From Felis catus (Eukaryota), in the NCBI RefSeq assembly GCF_018350175.1, contig NC_058368.1, positions 29,018,001 through 29,082,000 on the forward strand: a stretch of 64,000 bases of DNA. The letters run 5' to 3'. The translations under genes were made by a program, and so were the position numbers. The notes below the pieces were generated by a model. The model was not told the DNA's origin and ran no database searches. It saw only the letters and a program-made list of their open reading frames with translations. Positions 1 to 13,118 of this stretch are shown here, one piece after another. The stretch's first letter is position 1; each line of letters opens with the position of its first letter.

Positions 1-258
1 AAGCATGCTCATCTCCAGACACCCCACTTCAGCACATATTTTGCTCATAGTCTCAAATTCCCACAATAGTGTAAATAATTTCCTCAGTCTTTATTAGTAA
101 AACCACAGATATATTGAGAAGATAACCATGGTAATATATGACTAACAAATCCAGTCAATATTTAGAGCAAGAAATTATAGCAAGACACCAAGATAAGATA
201 AGCTTTATTCAAGGTTTGAAGTATCTTTATTGTTTTTTTATGCTATTAGATTCTTAAT

Positions 259-462
259 TTTTTTTAATATTTTATTTTATTTTTTGAGAGACAGAGCACA
301 AGCAGGGGAGGGGCAGAGAGAGAAGGAGACACAGAATCTGAAGCAGGCTCCAGGCTCTGAGCTGTCAGCACAGAGCCTGATGCAGGGCTTGAACCCATGA
401 ATACGAGATCATGACCTGAGCCTAAGTCGGACACTCTACTGACTGAGCCACCCAGGCGCCCC
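259..462 (-). mobile_element. Can-SINE (SINEC_Fc-type)
   Basis: Reverse complement of the GGGGCGCCTGGGTGGCTCAG head and A-rich tail. Perfect 20-bp TSD TATGCTATTAGATTCTTAAT at 239-258 and 463-482. Confidence 0.95.
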
Positions 463-924
463 TATGCTATTAGATTCTTAATAGCACTTTTATGAAATGG
501 ATTTTGTGCATTTTCTTGTACTTCTAAACATACTCCCTACCTTCACTATAGTTCCTTTCGAACTTTTTTAAGAGCATAGAAAGTCTCCACTGCATTAAAA
601 TCTTTCCAAGAAAAGACATCAAGATTTCACAAAACAAGCTCTGTGAGGAAAAATGGCATTTGGGCGAGTATCTTGAGGGCTGGGGAGGGACAGGAGACGG
701 GGAGAGCATAGGAGTCCTGCTCCTGCAAATTCATTACCATGTCCACGGACTTCAGAATTCACAAGTCACTACTCAGTCTCCCCAGTCCTCAGACAGGAAA
801 CTGAGACCCAGGAACATTAAGGACTTTTCCCAAAGTCAGAAGGCTGTTGGAGACAGGACTCCTCTCCTTTTTGTTATTCCCTTTCGGTATTTTGATTTGT
901 TTTTAAAATTTCCCCTTTTTATCC

Positions 925-1640
925 CAACTTTTTTATTCTGAAAAAATTGAAACCTACAGAAAAGTTGAAAGAGAAGTAAAATGAACACCCATATGCCTCT
1001 ACTTAGATTCGCCAAATGTTAATATTTTCCCTTGTTTGCTTTATGTTTCTCTCTAAATATATACTGTCTTCCTTCTTCTAAATCACTTAAAAATAAATCA
1101 TAATGCTTTACTTCTAAATATTTTATTATGCTTCTCCTAACAGTAAGGACATTCTCTAGCACAACCTCAATACCATTATCACATCTAAAAATATTATCAG
1201 TAATTTCATAATATCTTCTAGTCTCCAGTCCAAATTCACTTTTCCCAACTATCTCAAAGGTGTCTTTTTTTAAATGAAGTAATTAACATACAGGGTTATA
1301 TTGGTTCCAGGTGTACAATATAATGATTCAACAGCTCCATGTATTACTCAGTGCTTACCACAGGAAGTGTCTTTTCTAATTGGTTTTCCCCCCCACAATC
1401 CAGGATCCAAAATCCACACTTCATTTTTGGTTGTAATGTCTTGTTAGCCTCTTTTCACCCAGAGCGGCCACGTCACATCCACTGCCACTACCATCTTTGC
1501 TTGTCCTGATGCTTGCTCTTGAGAGTTCAGAACAGTTGTTCTGCAGAACGTCCTTTATTCTGGATTCATCTGGCTATTTCCTCATGGTGCCACTTACCTT
1601 ATCCCAACATTCCTTATGTTTCCAGAACTCCCGACAGCTT
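925..1640 (-). mobile_element. Old L1 (L1MC/ME-like) 3' fragment, interrupted by a short younger L1 3' end (~1265-1370)
   Basis: Similarity to recalled L1M 3' UTR motifs (aaacctacagaaaagttg; caggtgtacaatataatgattcaa). Confidence 0.6.
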
Positions 1641-3519
1641 CTCCCCTACACTGGGTGCACTGGAAACTTTGTACAATCTTCTCACCACCCCTGCCAACAT
1701 GTCTGAGTTTAGAGTGGCCACTGGCCACCCAGTCTCTGCTGGGGTCTCTCCAGCCTCCTTTGTAGAGTGTATGGAAAAAGTGGGGTGGAGCCATCTGACA
1801 TTCTGTGAGAGCGTTGGGGTAAATGTGTAGAAGGTTCAAAAAGGAGCAAAAGTGAAGCCCTCTACGTAAGCCTCTGACCCCTCTCAGCTCCCACTTACCC
1901 CTCCGGTGTGGACTTTTTTGTGGTGTCTTCTCAGAGATATTTGATGCGTGTACATCAAATGGCAGCATTCCGTTCACTGTGTTCTGTATCTGTACACCAT
2001 CTGGTCACGTCCAACTCACTCTATCTGTGCTTTCATTTTCCCATTTGTGAGAGACGCATAAGGACTAGGAATAACTAATGAAAGTATGTAATTTTCTCAG
2101 CAAACATAAAATGATGCATGAACAAATGACAGTTTTAGGAGTTCCTAGTGAAAAATTTATATTCCATAGCCCAGGATGGCATCGCATGTGGTATCTTTAG
2201 GAATTCGGCAATGTGCTCGGAGACTTCCTGCTCCACAGTTCCAGATGGCTTCTAGCATGGTCTTCTTGCAGTTGGATCCCTCCTTTGTAAAGGTGTCTAG
2301 CCTATATTTGCTTTGAAACCTTCAGAAGCCACCGACCTGGCCCAGTGATCTGGACTCTTCCCCGAAACCTCTCTTTTGGCATCTGTGTTGTATCTTGTTT
2401 GGCTTGGGCTCAGCTCCCAGGCTCTGGGTCATTACAGTCCAGGTCCAGGAGGCTCATTTGGAGTCAGCCTCCACTTTCTGTTCCATCCTAGCATGAGCCA
2501 TGCCAAACCACAGGGACCCTTGAGTAAGAATTACTGAGAAGAAAGGTAATTCAGTGGCAGGACACATTTCAAAGCCAGCTGGAGTTTTTAAAGTTTCTCA
2601 TAATTGGTCTACCAATAGAATTCAGTTATTCTCAGAAATAGCATAAATAGTCTGGTCTCTTAAGATGAAAGTGACATTATTTGCTAATAATCATCATAAA
2701 CTCCTCTAGTCTTATAAGCAGCAAAATTTTTAATGTTCACAGAGCACTGAAACACAGGAGTGAAAAGTGGAATGGTAACTGTTGTGCGAACCGTTTTATT
2801 TCAGTCAAGAAACATTTTTTCCTTTATCTCATGCTTTCTTGTTTGTTCCTTGTGATTTCTGCAAGCCCATGGGAATGTTTTACTAAAACCCTAAAGTAGA
2901 CCTCCTTTTCAAAAGCTCTTCATGCCTTTATTTTTTTTCTTCAAAGCACTCCATAACATCAAGAGTTAGGTGACTGTCTGTCCACTGAGCACTCAAGTGG
3001 CGAGTCCAGAAAAGAGACAGATTTATTTAGTTTTTGAGAAATGGGACTTTGAAAAGTAGTGCTCAATTTTTTCTTTTTTCTTTTTTTTTTTTTTTTTTTT
3101 TGGTGGAGAATAACTCCTATTTTAAGGTCATGGTTTCCTAACAGTGTAACAAGGAATGCTTGAAGGGTGTTGGGGGTTTGATGACGAGCAGACAGGACTT
3201 TTTACCCTTTCCCCTTCCATCTCCAATTAAACCAAAACAATTCCATTTATATTACTTTTGTGTGATGTTTCATAATCTGGGCTTTTGTGCAGTGTTTCCA
3301 TTGGAGAAAGACCTTCACTAGAGCCAGTACTGGATTGTTATTTCTTGTAGACTCTGAGAGCTTTCATTTTAGAAAAGACTTTATCAATCCTCAGGTAGAT
3401 TTAGGTGATTCATTCCTTTGACAAGAGAAAGCAAGGCACAGATTTTCCTATGAGAAGTGAAGCAGACTTTTCCAGTCTGTTTCACCATTGACTTTTCATA
3501 GAACCTTAGGAGCAGGAAT

Positions 3520-3618
3520 GGTCTTGGCAATTATTTTCACCAACTTCTTTGTTTTACAAATGAGAAAAATCAGGATCCAGAGAGGTAACATGCTTTGCTC
3601 AAGGGCACACAGCTACAC

Positions 3619-3654
<36 letters not shown>

Positions 3655-3690
3655 CAGGACTTCTGACTCCTACTTCCGGGCCCTTTCTTA
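3520..3690. mobile_element. MIR fragment containing a pure A31 run (3622-3652)
   Basis: MIR core-like ttttacaaatgagaaaatcagg...agaggtaaca...ctcaagggcacacagct...acccaggacttctgactcc. Confidence 0.6.
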
Positions 3691-4639
3691 AGAAGTTGAT
3701 GTTTTATCCCCGTTTTTTTGCAACCATTTTACTTCTGCCCAGTCAGTATTTTTACAATGCTGTAATTCAGAAGCAAATGTACCATTTACATAAAAGACTC
3801 TATCTTTTCCTTCCCTTAGCACTTCATCGTCCAAGTGAGGTATAGTAGGCATAACTTTTCTCAAAGATATCTTGGTCAGAAAGGCTGGGTTAATTCTCAG
3901 AAGGATGTGAAAAGATATGATTCACAAAACTAGCACCTGCTGGGAAGATTCCTTCTATCAAAAACTTAGCTCTGTGTCTGTAATTAACCTTTTCCCCATG
4001 CCTCAGGAATGTTTCACACATTTAGAAATGGAAACCATTTATCTTATCAGGCTTAGGCTTTGAATAAACTCTTCTTGGTACATGGAGATAAGACCCAAGA
4101 AAGGGGTACAGAGTTCTCTGAATCCATTCACAGTGAAACAAGAATTGAGAATTGACCCAGTTGTTGCTATGGAAGTACTGGCTAAAGAGACTGGGGAGGG
4201 GGATAGGGAATGATTATTTCTCTACAGAATCAGAGCACCTGGGTTTGGCTTCCACTACATCTCTGAGCTTAGGAAAGGCTGTTGACCTCTCCAAGCATTA
4301 ATTTCTTCATTTGTAAAAAGAGGTAAATAATTCCCACCACAAAGCTTGTGAAGAGAATCAAGGTGAGTTGAGACATGAAGAACTGTACAAACATTGACAT
4401 TATACTCATTAAATGTATTGTCCTATACTTTCAGTGACCCTGTGAGGTTAGATAAAACAGAGCTTATTCCTATTTGCCAGAGAGGTTAAGTGACTTCTAA
4501 GCATATAATGTTAGAGGTCATTTAAACCAGCATTATTTACAAGATAGAAACAAGATTTACAAAAGTTAAGTGACTTGTGCTAGGTCAAAGAGGTTGTTAA
4601 TATCAGAGCTAAGCCTAGAATCCTTGACCTTCAGAACAT

Positions 4640-4831
4640 TATTTTTTGGTTAAGTTTATGTATTTTGAGAGAGAGCAAGAGAGATGGGGAGAGAAAGAAT
4701 CCTAAGCAGGCTCCATGCGGTCATCACAGAGCACAACTCAGGGCTCGAACTCTTGAACCGAGCCATGGGATCATGACCTGAGCCAAGGTCAAGAGTTGGC
4801 TACTTCACCAACTGAGCCACCTAGGTGCCCC
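4640..4831 (-). mobile_element. Can-SINE
   Basis: Ends in ctgagccacctaggtgcccc; internal tcatgacctgagcc motif; short TSD cagaaca. Confidence 0.9.
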
Positions 4832-7800
4832 AGAACAGTATTCTTTTTACGTTGACTTCTAAGATACAAAGAAAGGTTAGCTAGCTACTACTATAGCTTA
4901 TCGGCTCACTAACACCTTAGGGGTTCTGTTGGCACTTTCCCTTGACTGTTTTGATCACATATTCATCTTCTAATCCTTTGCTGCCCACTGTCAGTGGTGC
5001 CACCTTAGAATGGTGTACTTGGATTTGTAGGAGATTAAAATTTCACACATCATCAGTCTTCAGAAATAGCCTCAGACAGTTGTCTCATACCTAGTTATAA
5101 TGTGGATGCATAATAAAGCATAGCCTTTCCTAACTAGCAGATGATTATCCTTCCCCACAGAAATCTAAACATAAATCTCACTTGTTAAAAAAAAAAAAAA
5201 AACACCAATAGCTCTTTGTTCTAAGCAGACATTTCTTTGCAACCTAACTATCACAAATCAGCCTTCTTATTTCCTAATACATCTTTGTGTCTTAGACTGA
5301 AACTCAGCATTCGTTTTCATTTGTATGACCTTTCTCTAAGTGAATGAGATTTTCAAAAGAAAATATAGCAAAGGGGCATTTAAACAAGTTTCCAAAGCAA
5401 GGAAGTATTAAAATTGATCTTCTCTAGTCAAAGTTTTTCTTACTACTGTGGTTTATTATTTATGTTTATGCTGCAATGCAAGACCCCACAAGGACTTATG
5501 GGAGGCCGTGAGAAGCGGTCATTTTCGTGACCATAAAATTTTGAGCTGCTCAAAAAAGTTATGATCTGAATGTTAGGTGGTTTGGTAATGACAGTGAGGC
5601 TCTTGTTTAGTGACTTTGTGATTCCTCCACAGATGCATGCTTGAGACCCTGTCAAGTCTGATTTGACGGTGGTCACAGCAGAAACGAACCAGACTGGGTG
5701 AACAGTAGGATTAAGTATCAGAGAATGGAAAAGAAGGAGTTTATGTACCTTTTTTCCTTTAGCCCAGCCCGTTTTGAGGATTAGCAAATCTCTGCCTGTA
5801 AAACGTGTTGGGATCCTTGGATAGCAGATACTAGATAATTATGACATAGAAATATTGTTTTTAATGGAAGCTTACACTGATCTACAGTAACACCAGGGAA
5901 TGTTCCACACTTGGATGTGCTTTGGATTCCTCTCAAGCATTTTATTTACTTTGGGCACAGAATAATCCCCAAGCCTGTCTGGAAAATGAAAACCAGAGCC
6001 TGCAAACCATTTTATAAGCCTCATCCTGTCCCTTAGGTGTGTCTTCTCAGCCTTTGCAATGCTAACCAGGCAGAGACAAAGGCAGATCGTTCTGCAAATA
6101 GAAGTTTCCTTACTACAAATGAAGAAAGGAAGGAGGAAAAGGAGAAAACAGAAGGAAGAAAGGGAAGAAGGGAGGGAGAAGAAAGGCAGACCGGCAACTT
6201 ACCTTTCTCTCACTTGTATGAAAAAGTATAGTATGTTTTGTTCTTCTGGACAAATAAAGTGGTTGGTAGGTAAATCAGTCCAGGGAATGATAGATGAATA
6301 GTAACTAAAATGTTCCCAAAGTCTTTAATCAGCCAGTATCTGTTTTTGAGAAAGAGCTCATGTGACTGCTATTTGTGTAATAATCAACTTTTTTCCTCAC
6401 AGTAACCAGTTACGTCAACCCTGTGAGCAGACCATATGGTCAAAGACGTATTCATATAGTCTCATCCATGGTCATCTGATTAGTAAGAATTTACATCTCC
6501 AGTTAAAGGGAAGGAAAAAGCCTAATACATTTATAGCCCTCTTGCCTCAGCCAAAAAAGGAGAAACCTACTTCTGTTTCAAGGAACTGATCTTATCCCCT
6601 CCTGTGTAAGATCCTGTTTAACAGATTACTTCACCAGCCCCGTAACGAAAGCAGTCTGCCTGGCACCTTCTCAGGAGAACTTTATTCTTGGCTTAAAATA
6701 GTTCCTGCCGTGACCACTGTCAACTGAGACATGATAGGGCCTCGAGCATGCTTCATGGAGGAATCCAACAGGCTTTCTCCATACCCGCCCCAGCACTGAA
6801 CACGTGGGTGACCTTAGACATCTACTGAAGCCAGTACTTTACTAGTTGCCATTGGCAAGAGCTGTACAGCTTTTAGGGTTCAAATTCTGTTACCTTTTCA
6901 TTAGATGGATAACAGACTATCCAAGGAGATTTTTTTTCACATATGGAATTTATTACATCCTCTTAAAAAGCATTTATTATCAAGCCTTTTTATTGTATTG
7001 GTAAATTTCCCTTACAATTCTTTTGTATCGCCTTTTGAATAAATTAAAAAATCTGAAAACCACACCCAAGATCTCACTCTGGTCCTCCCCTAACCATGTC
7101 CCTCCCATGAGGTAAAGAGCCTATGGGGCCAAGGGGGTATACTCGGTTAAAGCCAGTTTCTGGATCATGTTCCCAGTTTCTGGGCTCCCCAAGAAACCTC
7201 TGATGACCCCCCAAGCCTGCTTCCTATGTGGTCCCCTTTCTTATGCCCATCTTCATAGGGCAGACTGGCCAATGGTGTAAACACCCAGGTCTGAGGTATG
7301 GCCAAGGGGCAACTGTAGGAAGGAATATGATGGCTGGGTGTCCATACATATGTATGTGAGGCGCCTCATGGAAATGGGACAGAGCCGACTATAGCAAGCC
7401 AGGGGCCGGTGCTGCCCACACCATTCTGTTCTTGCACAGAACTTCAAGGACTCCTGGCTCCCCAGGTCATTATAATCTGTATTTACTTATCAAAGGAGGA
7501 CAGAATATATTTTATTTAACAATTTATATCCTGATTTACAGGTTTTAAATATTTAGGCATCTTACATTGGCCTTCATTTGTACACTTGTCCCTTCCAATT
7601 ACACACTTATCTCTTCTGTCCATTCCCATTCTTTCTGCTCGTTTTCAGTCTCAGAAAAAAGGAGTGTCCTCCTTCCTTCTCCAGACTAGACACTCTGACT
7701 CTGACCAAGATCTCCTTCCCGACTGCCTCCTCTCTGCCACCTGTAACATGCCCAGACACCTCCCCCCCAACACCCCTCTAGATGCTGTTCCATTTCACTT

Positions 7801-9101
7801 TTTATCCCACAGACTTTTCACTAACCTTGTCCCCACAAAGGTGTCTGTTGGTTCTGAGGCCCAGAGGTCACTAGTCCCCATTCTCTGGGATGGCTGACGT
7901 TAGTGTGATTCAGCACACTTGCACAACCACTTCCGGAGACCCTGCACACAGATTCCCCAGGGCCATCCGCTTATCCTGCTTTGGCAAGTGCTGTCTCCCC
8001 TGTCTTCCCCACTCAGCTCTGTGTCCTTCTTCCACCCACCAAAGAGGATACTCCTCAAAGTTCAGGTGAAGGGTTCCTCTGCTCTTCTCTGTCTCTGCAT
8101 TTGCCCTTGGCAGTCATGTGTCCCTCCTGGGCGGGGACAGCCACATCTCTGACTCCATGAAATACATTTCTACTCTGATACCTCCCTGGATGCATAATTT
8201 CAGCACATCCAAAATGGAACTGATCTGCTGCAAATAACCCAGCTTCTCTCCTGGCTCCCTATCATTGCATAAAAATTATTTCAACAGAAATTCTTCCACT
8301 TCTTTTCATTTTAAATACAATGGTTTTGGTTACTGTATGGGCTTTTTGGTCAGCCAGCTTGGGCTAACCACCATTTATCACATGGTGGCTATGGGGGGCA
8401 GAGGGGGGGAGGCGGGGAAAATGTATTCCAGCTTCCAAGTAGCTTATTTGCAAAAGAATGTAGCCCACATGGGAAAAGAAAGCTTCTTATTGCCCCAACA
8501 TGATTGCATTTTTGCCATAAACACACCAGGCACACTCACAGATACTAAAATTTGAAGATGAATAAGATATGGCCTCAAAGAGCTCAACAGTTAAAAAGAA
8601 ATAGACATGAAAAGAAATAAGTGCATTCCCCTACAATACCTAGAGTCATGTTTTGCACATGGTTGGTGCTCAAAAGATAGCTGTTGATTGATGGGCAGTT
8701 GGTGAATAGAAAGCAGTGATTCTAAAGCATTTTGTCCCTCAGTAGTATTCCAAATATTCCTGAAAATCTTTTGCCCCAGGCCCACACTCAGAATTTTCTT
8801 TCCAGATGCCCCAATTGCCCAGATACCCTAACATCTATTCTAACTTTCACATCAGAATCACAAAAATTCTTAGAGGGACGTGGAAGGGGAGAAGGGAATT
8901 GGGGAGCAAACCCCAATAGTTAGAACCACCTTGCTCCAGTTATGGGGTTGCTTCAGGTCCCAAACTTCTTTCCAGATTCCATTCAAATGCTGCACCCCAC
9001 ACTCAGCTCTAGTTTTCTCATGTGCATTGTGAGATAGAGAAATAGAAAGGTAGTTCCTAAATTTTAAAAATACATGTCATACACTGAAGTAGAAAAGCAG
9101 A

Positions 9102-9270
9102 GGGGCATCTGGGTGGCTCAGTTGGTTAAGCATCTAACTTCAGCTCAGGTCATGATCTCATGGTCCATGAGTTCGAGCCCCATGTAGGGCTCTGTGCTGA
9201 TTGCTCCAAGCCTGGAGCCTGCTTTGGATTCTGTGTTTCCTTCTCTCTCTCTGCCCCTTCCCCTCTCGTT

Positions 9271-9324
<54 letters not shown>

Positions 9325-9365
9325 ATAAATAAACATTAAAAAATGTTTTTAATTAAAAAAATAAA
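9102..9365 (+). mobile_element. Can-SINE with long (CT)n; host of a nested L1
   Basis: ggggcatctgggtggctcag head, (CT)n and A-tail. TSD AAGTAGAAAAGCAGA at 9087-9101 and 10010-10024. Confidence 0.93.
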
Positions 9366-9368
9366 GTA

Positions 9369-10006
9369 TGGGAATGCACACTGGTGCAGCCACTCTGGAA
9401 AACAGTATGGAGGTTCCTCAAAAAACTAAAAATAGAACTACCCTACGACCCAGCAATTGCACTACTAGGCATTTATCCAAGAGATACAGGTGTGCTGTTT
9501 CGAAGGGACACATGCACCCCCATGTTTATAGCAGCACTATCAACAATAGCCAAAGTATGGAAAGAGCCCAAATGTCCATCGATAGATGAATGGATAAAGA
9601 AGATGTGGTATATATATACAATGGAGTATTACTTGGCAATAAAAAAGAATGAAATCTTGCCATTTGCAACTACGTGGATGGAACTGGAGGGTATTATGCT
9701 AAGTGAAATTAGTCAGAGAAAGACAAAAATCATATGACTTCACCCATATGAGGACTTTAAGAGACAAAACAGATGAACATAAGGGAAGGGAAACAAAACA
9801 AATATGAAAACAGGGAGGGGGACAAAACAGAAGAGACTCATAAATATGGAGAACAAACTGAGAGTTACTGGAAAGGTTGTGGGAGAGGGGCTGGGCTAAA
9901 TGGGTAAGGGGCACTAAGGAATCTACTCCTGAAATCATTGTTGCACTATATGCTAACTAATTTGGATGTAAATTTTAAAAAATTAAAAATAAAATTAAAA
10001 AAATAA
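9369..10006 (+). mobile_element. Young 5'-truncated carnivore/felid L1 (ORF2 C-terminus, 3' UTR, A-tail)
   Basis: ORF 9384..9737 (QPLWKTVWRFLKKLKIELPYDPAIALLGIYP...WMELEGIMLSEISQ) is the typical L1 ORF2p C-terminus. Followed by a G-rich 3' UTR and A-rich tail. Confidence 0.95.
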
Positions 10007-10277
10007 ATAAAGTAGAAAAGCAGATTATAAAACCACATGGTCAGTGTTATCCATTGCAGTTAGAAGTTATGTTGATGTAGATGTGTGTGTGTGTGTGAAT
10101 GTGCAACCTTTTTCACATGTAGTGAGAGGAAATAAAAGCCTCAGAACTTCTACAAAACTTTGAGAGATGTTAGCTTTGAATATGGGATTATGACTAATTT
10201 TTACTTTCTTTTTTGTGCTTTACTGTAATTTCGATGGTGAATACACTTCACTTTGTGTGTTCAAGAAAAAAAGTTTA

Positions 10278-10930
10278 TGTATTAGTTTTCTACTGCTGTG
10301 TAACCAATTACTGCATACATAGCCTCTCAAAGCAATACCCATTTACTAGGTCTTAGTTCTATAGTTTAGGGGTCTAGGAAGGCTCAGCTGGGTTCTCTGG
10401 TTAGGGTCTCATAAGGCTGAAATTGCGATCTGAGCCAGACTGGACTCTCACCTAGAGGCTCTGCTTCCAAGCCTATTTGGATTTGGGCAGAATTCAGTCC
10501 CTTGTGGTCATAGGACTGAGGTGCCTGTTTCGATGTTGGCTGTCAGCCAGGGTCCCTCCTAGATGCCACTCTCAAGGCCTCATCCCATAGTCACCTCCAT
10601 CTCAGCCACAGATAATTCCCACATGTCACATCCCCCCAGACTTCAAGTCTCTCTGTCTTCCCCTTCTACTACCATCCAGAAAAACTCTGCTTTTTAGGGC
10701 TCATGTGATTAAATTGGGCCCACCCAGGTAATCTCCCTTTTGATTAACTCAGAGTCAGCTGATTAGCGGCCTTACATCTGCAACATCCCCTTTGCCACAT
10801 AACATAATCACAAGTAAACATCCTACCCTGTATACAGGTCCTGCTCACACTTAAGGGGAGAGGATTATGCCGGCCATGTATGCCAACGGGCAGGAATCTT
10901 GGGGGCCACCTTGGTACTCTGCCTACCACA
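10278..10930 (-). mobile_element. MaLR solo LTR (MLT1D/E-like)
   Basis: tgtattagttttct...ctgcctaccaca termini and typical MLT1 internal motifs (gcagaattcagtcccttgtgg, cccacccaggtaatctccc). Confidence 0.8.
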
Positions 10931-11245
10931 GTGTGTGTGTATGTGTGTGATTTTTTTTGAACTCTCCCCTGATGGTTAAGAATGGAAGTCTTGGTAGCCC
11001 ATGAAGCCCCCATCATACTTTCTCCCTCCTGCTAGGGCAGAAATCACATGAGGATGAGCCAGAAATGAAGGAGCCTGGAATTTGTCTGCCTTTGTTGATA
11101 AGCACACATCCATCTCTCTGGACTTCTCCATGGCCATCTGTTGAGCAATTGTGTATGGTGGCAGACCAAAGATTTGGAGGCCAAAAGGTCTGATGACAAT
11201 TCTCTAGTGGGCAGAGGCTTCTAACTCTGATTCTCTTATCTATAG

Positions 11246-11344
11246 TATGACATCGCTGGACACTCTGGAGATGGCTACAACATTGGTCTGGTTCCAATTA
11301 ACAAAATCCCCAAGGACAATAAGCAAAGACTAGAAATTCTGAAG
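11246..11344 (+). CDS. VWA8: VWA8 third-last coding exon (99 nt, phase 0-0), YDIAGHSGDGYNIGLVPINKIPKDNKQRLEILK
   Basis: Preceded by ttctcttatctatAG and followed by GTaaat. Open 33-codon frame that joins in frame to the next exon. Peptide recognised as the C-terminal VWA domain region of VWA8. Confidence 0.93.
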
Positions 11345-11879
11345 GTAAATACGTTAAATCACCTCTATATTGTGAAAACTTCCACCAGATTAGGTAAAGT
11401 ATCTTCTGATGACTGGAAAGATTCACTGAAGCAGCAACAGATACAGGAAAGAAAAAGACTTTCTGCTTTACAAGCATTCAAGCCTTAAACTGAGAAAACG
11501 CTCCTGGTGCCTAAAATCCTCTTCTCCACACTACAAATTTTAAACTCTGTTCCCTACATATTTTTAGTGTACTCAATATTATGTCAGGATTCCAACAGCC
11601 TGAGTCCCCCTCCTATATCCTATACAGTTCTTCTCAGTCCCTAGGTATTTCAGTAAAAGGAAAAGAATGACCCCTTTCAGCGTACTCTCCCAGTTTTATG
11701 TACTTCGTAGTATTTTCTAATGATAACTTCAGTTTCACATACTCAGATCTACAATAGAAACACACACACCTGATGAGGTTAAAGTAAATGTCCTCCATTG
11801 CTATTGTTGTAAGTACAGTGTTTAGTGTTACAACTTTGTTTATTAGAAATTGAGCCCATTTCTCATTTTTCTCTTGTGT

Positions 11880-11986
11880 CACATCCATTCACAGGTCTTG
11901 CCCACATTTAAGGGGAAAGGACTATGCAGGCTGTGTTTACCAGGGGCAGGAATCTTGGGGGCCACCTTGGAATTCTGCCTACCACA
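11880..11986 (-). mobile_element. Short MLT1E-like LTR end fragment
   Basis: Near copy of 10834-10930, with 27 identical bp (11944-11970 vs 10888-10914). Confidence 0.75.
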
Positions 11987-12300
11987 GCGTGCGTGTGTGG
12001 TACCAAGTTTTATGTTTTCTTACATTTTCTCACTTTAAATGGCAGCTTGAGTTTGAGGAGTAAGTGCCAACTGGGAGAGTTTGGGAACATTTCATGTTTC
12101 TAACAAAAGTCTTAACCGCATACAAATATCACATGTACTGTTGTCACTCTGAGATGCAAATGAAATAGAACTTGCTCAGAGATTTCTTATTCACATGGAA
12201 TAATTGGTATTTGTGCATTCTCATGGTCAATAGAAAAACCATTATGTTGGCTTAAAAAGTTTCTCACCTGTGGCTTTTGTGTGACATCTCTTACCTCCAG

Positions 12301-12539
12301 ACAATGCATGCCCATGCTCAATTCTGCATGAGTGGGGACCACACGTTAGAGGGGACAGAACATGCCATCAAGGAAATTGTCAAAGAAGAAGCTGACGAGT
12401 ACTTTGTCATCGTCTTAAGTGACGCAAACCTGTCACGATATGGAATACATCCTGCCAAGTTTGCCCAAATCCTGACAAGCAACCCTCAAGTAAATGCTTT
12501 TGCCATTTTCATTGGATCTTTAGGTGATCAAGCAACCAG
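12301..12539 (+). CDS. VWA8: VWA8 penultimate exon (239 nt), TMHAHAQFCMSGDHTLEGTEHAIKEIVKEEADEYFVIVLSDANLSRYGIHPAKFAQILTSNPQVNAFAIFIGSLGDQAT(R)
   Basis: Acceptor ttacctccAG at 12300 and donor AG|GTaagg at 12540. Lies within ORF 12277..12543. Contains the VWA-type 'VIVLSD' strand. Ends in phase 2. Confidence 0.96.
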
Positions 12540-12934
12540 GTAAGGGTCTCCTCGGGATACAGCAAAGGACAGGTATAGGGACCTACCTGGCGCATGCCAT
12601 TTCACGGGATTGGCATCAAGAGGGGCGGTAGAAGAGAAAAAGGAGGAATGGCCGGTAGAATTGCTGCTGTCATAGAGCTGTTTGTCCAGTTGGAAGGATA
12701 TAATGCTCCGGCTTATGTTTGGATGAGCAGTAATCATTTGAAATTAACGGTTTTCCATTGTGTGTTTAGACCAACAATAGGATAATTAACAAATTGATTT
12801 GTCCACAAATAAATTAGACAGTATTTTATATATTTTCACTTAACATCAAGGTCTCAAGCTCAGTTCTAATCAGTTCATGTTCAAATCATATTCAAAGTTA
12901 GCAAACATCTATTTTCCCAGCATAAGAGATTGCG

Positions 12935-13118
12935 TATATGTATGTGTGTGTCTATAAAACCTGTATATAAATAATATATAAAATACACACGCACACACAT
13001 ACACATACATATAGCGAGACATATACATAAATATACATGGACAGACATACATGGATATAGATACATAGATTGTAGATAAATATCACTTCTTAAATATCTC
13101 CCTTTGTATGTGTGTATA
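12935..13118. repeat. Degenerate (TA)/(CA)/(TG) low-complexity tract in the last VWA8 intron
   Basis: Alternating purine-pyrimidine runs seen directly. Confidence 0.7.

Noticed and set aside
5633..5697. Possible cryptic exon (ttcctccacAG...tgg|GTgaac)
   Set aside because: Weak donor, no recognisable peptide and no supporting evidence.
9384..9737. 117-aa ORF as a host gene
   Set aside because: It is the L1 ORF2p C-terminus of a 5'-truncated insertion.
9102..10010. Single-event SINE-L1 template-switch chimera
   Set aside because: An inner duplication (ATAAAGTA) around the L1 favours sequential nested insertion. Not fully excluded.
1..11245. Additional upstream VWA8 coding exons
   Set aside because: No segment encoding the expected preceding VWA MIDAS (DxSxS) region was found. 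The stretch appears to be one long intron whose upstream exon lies outside the window.
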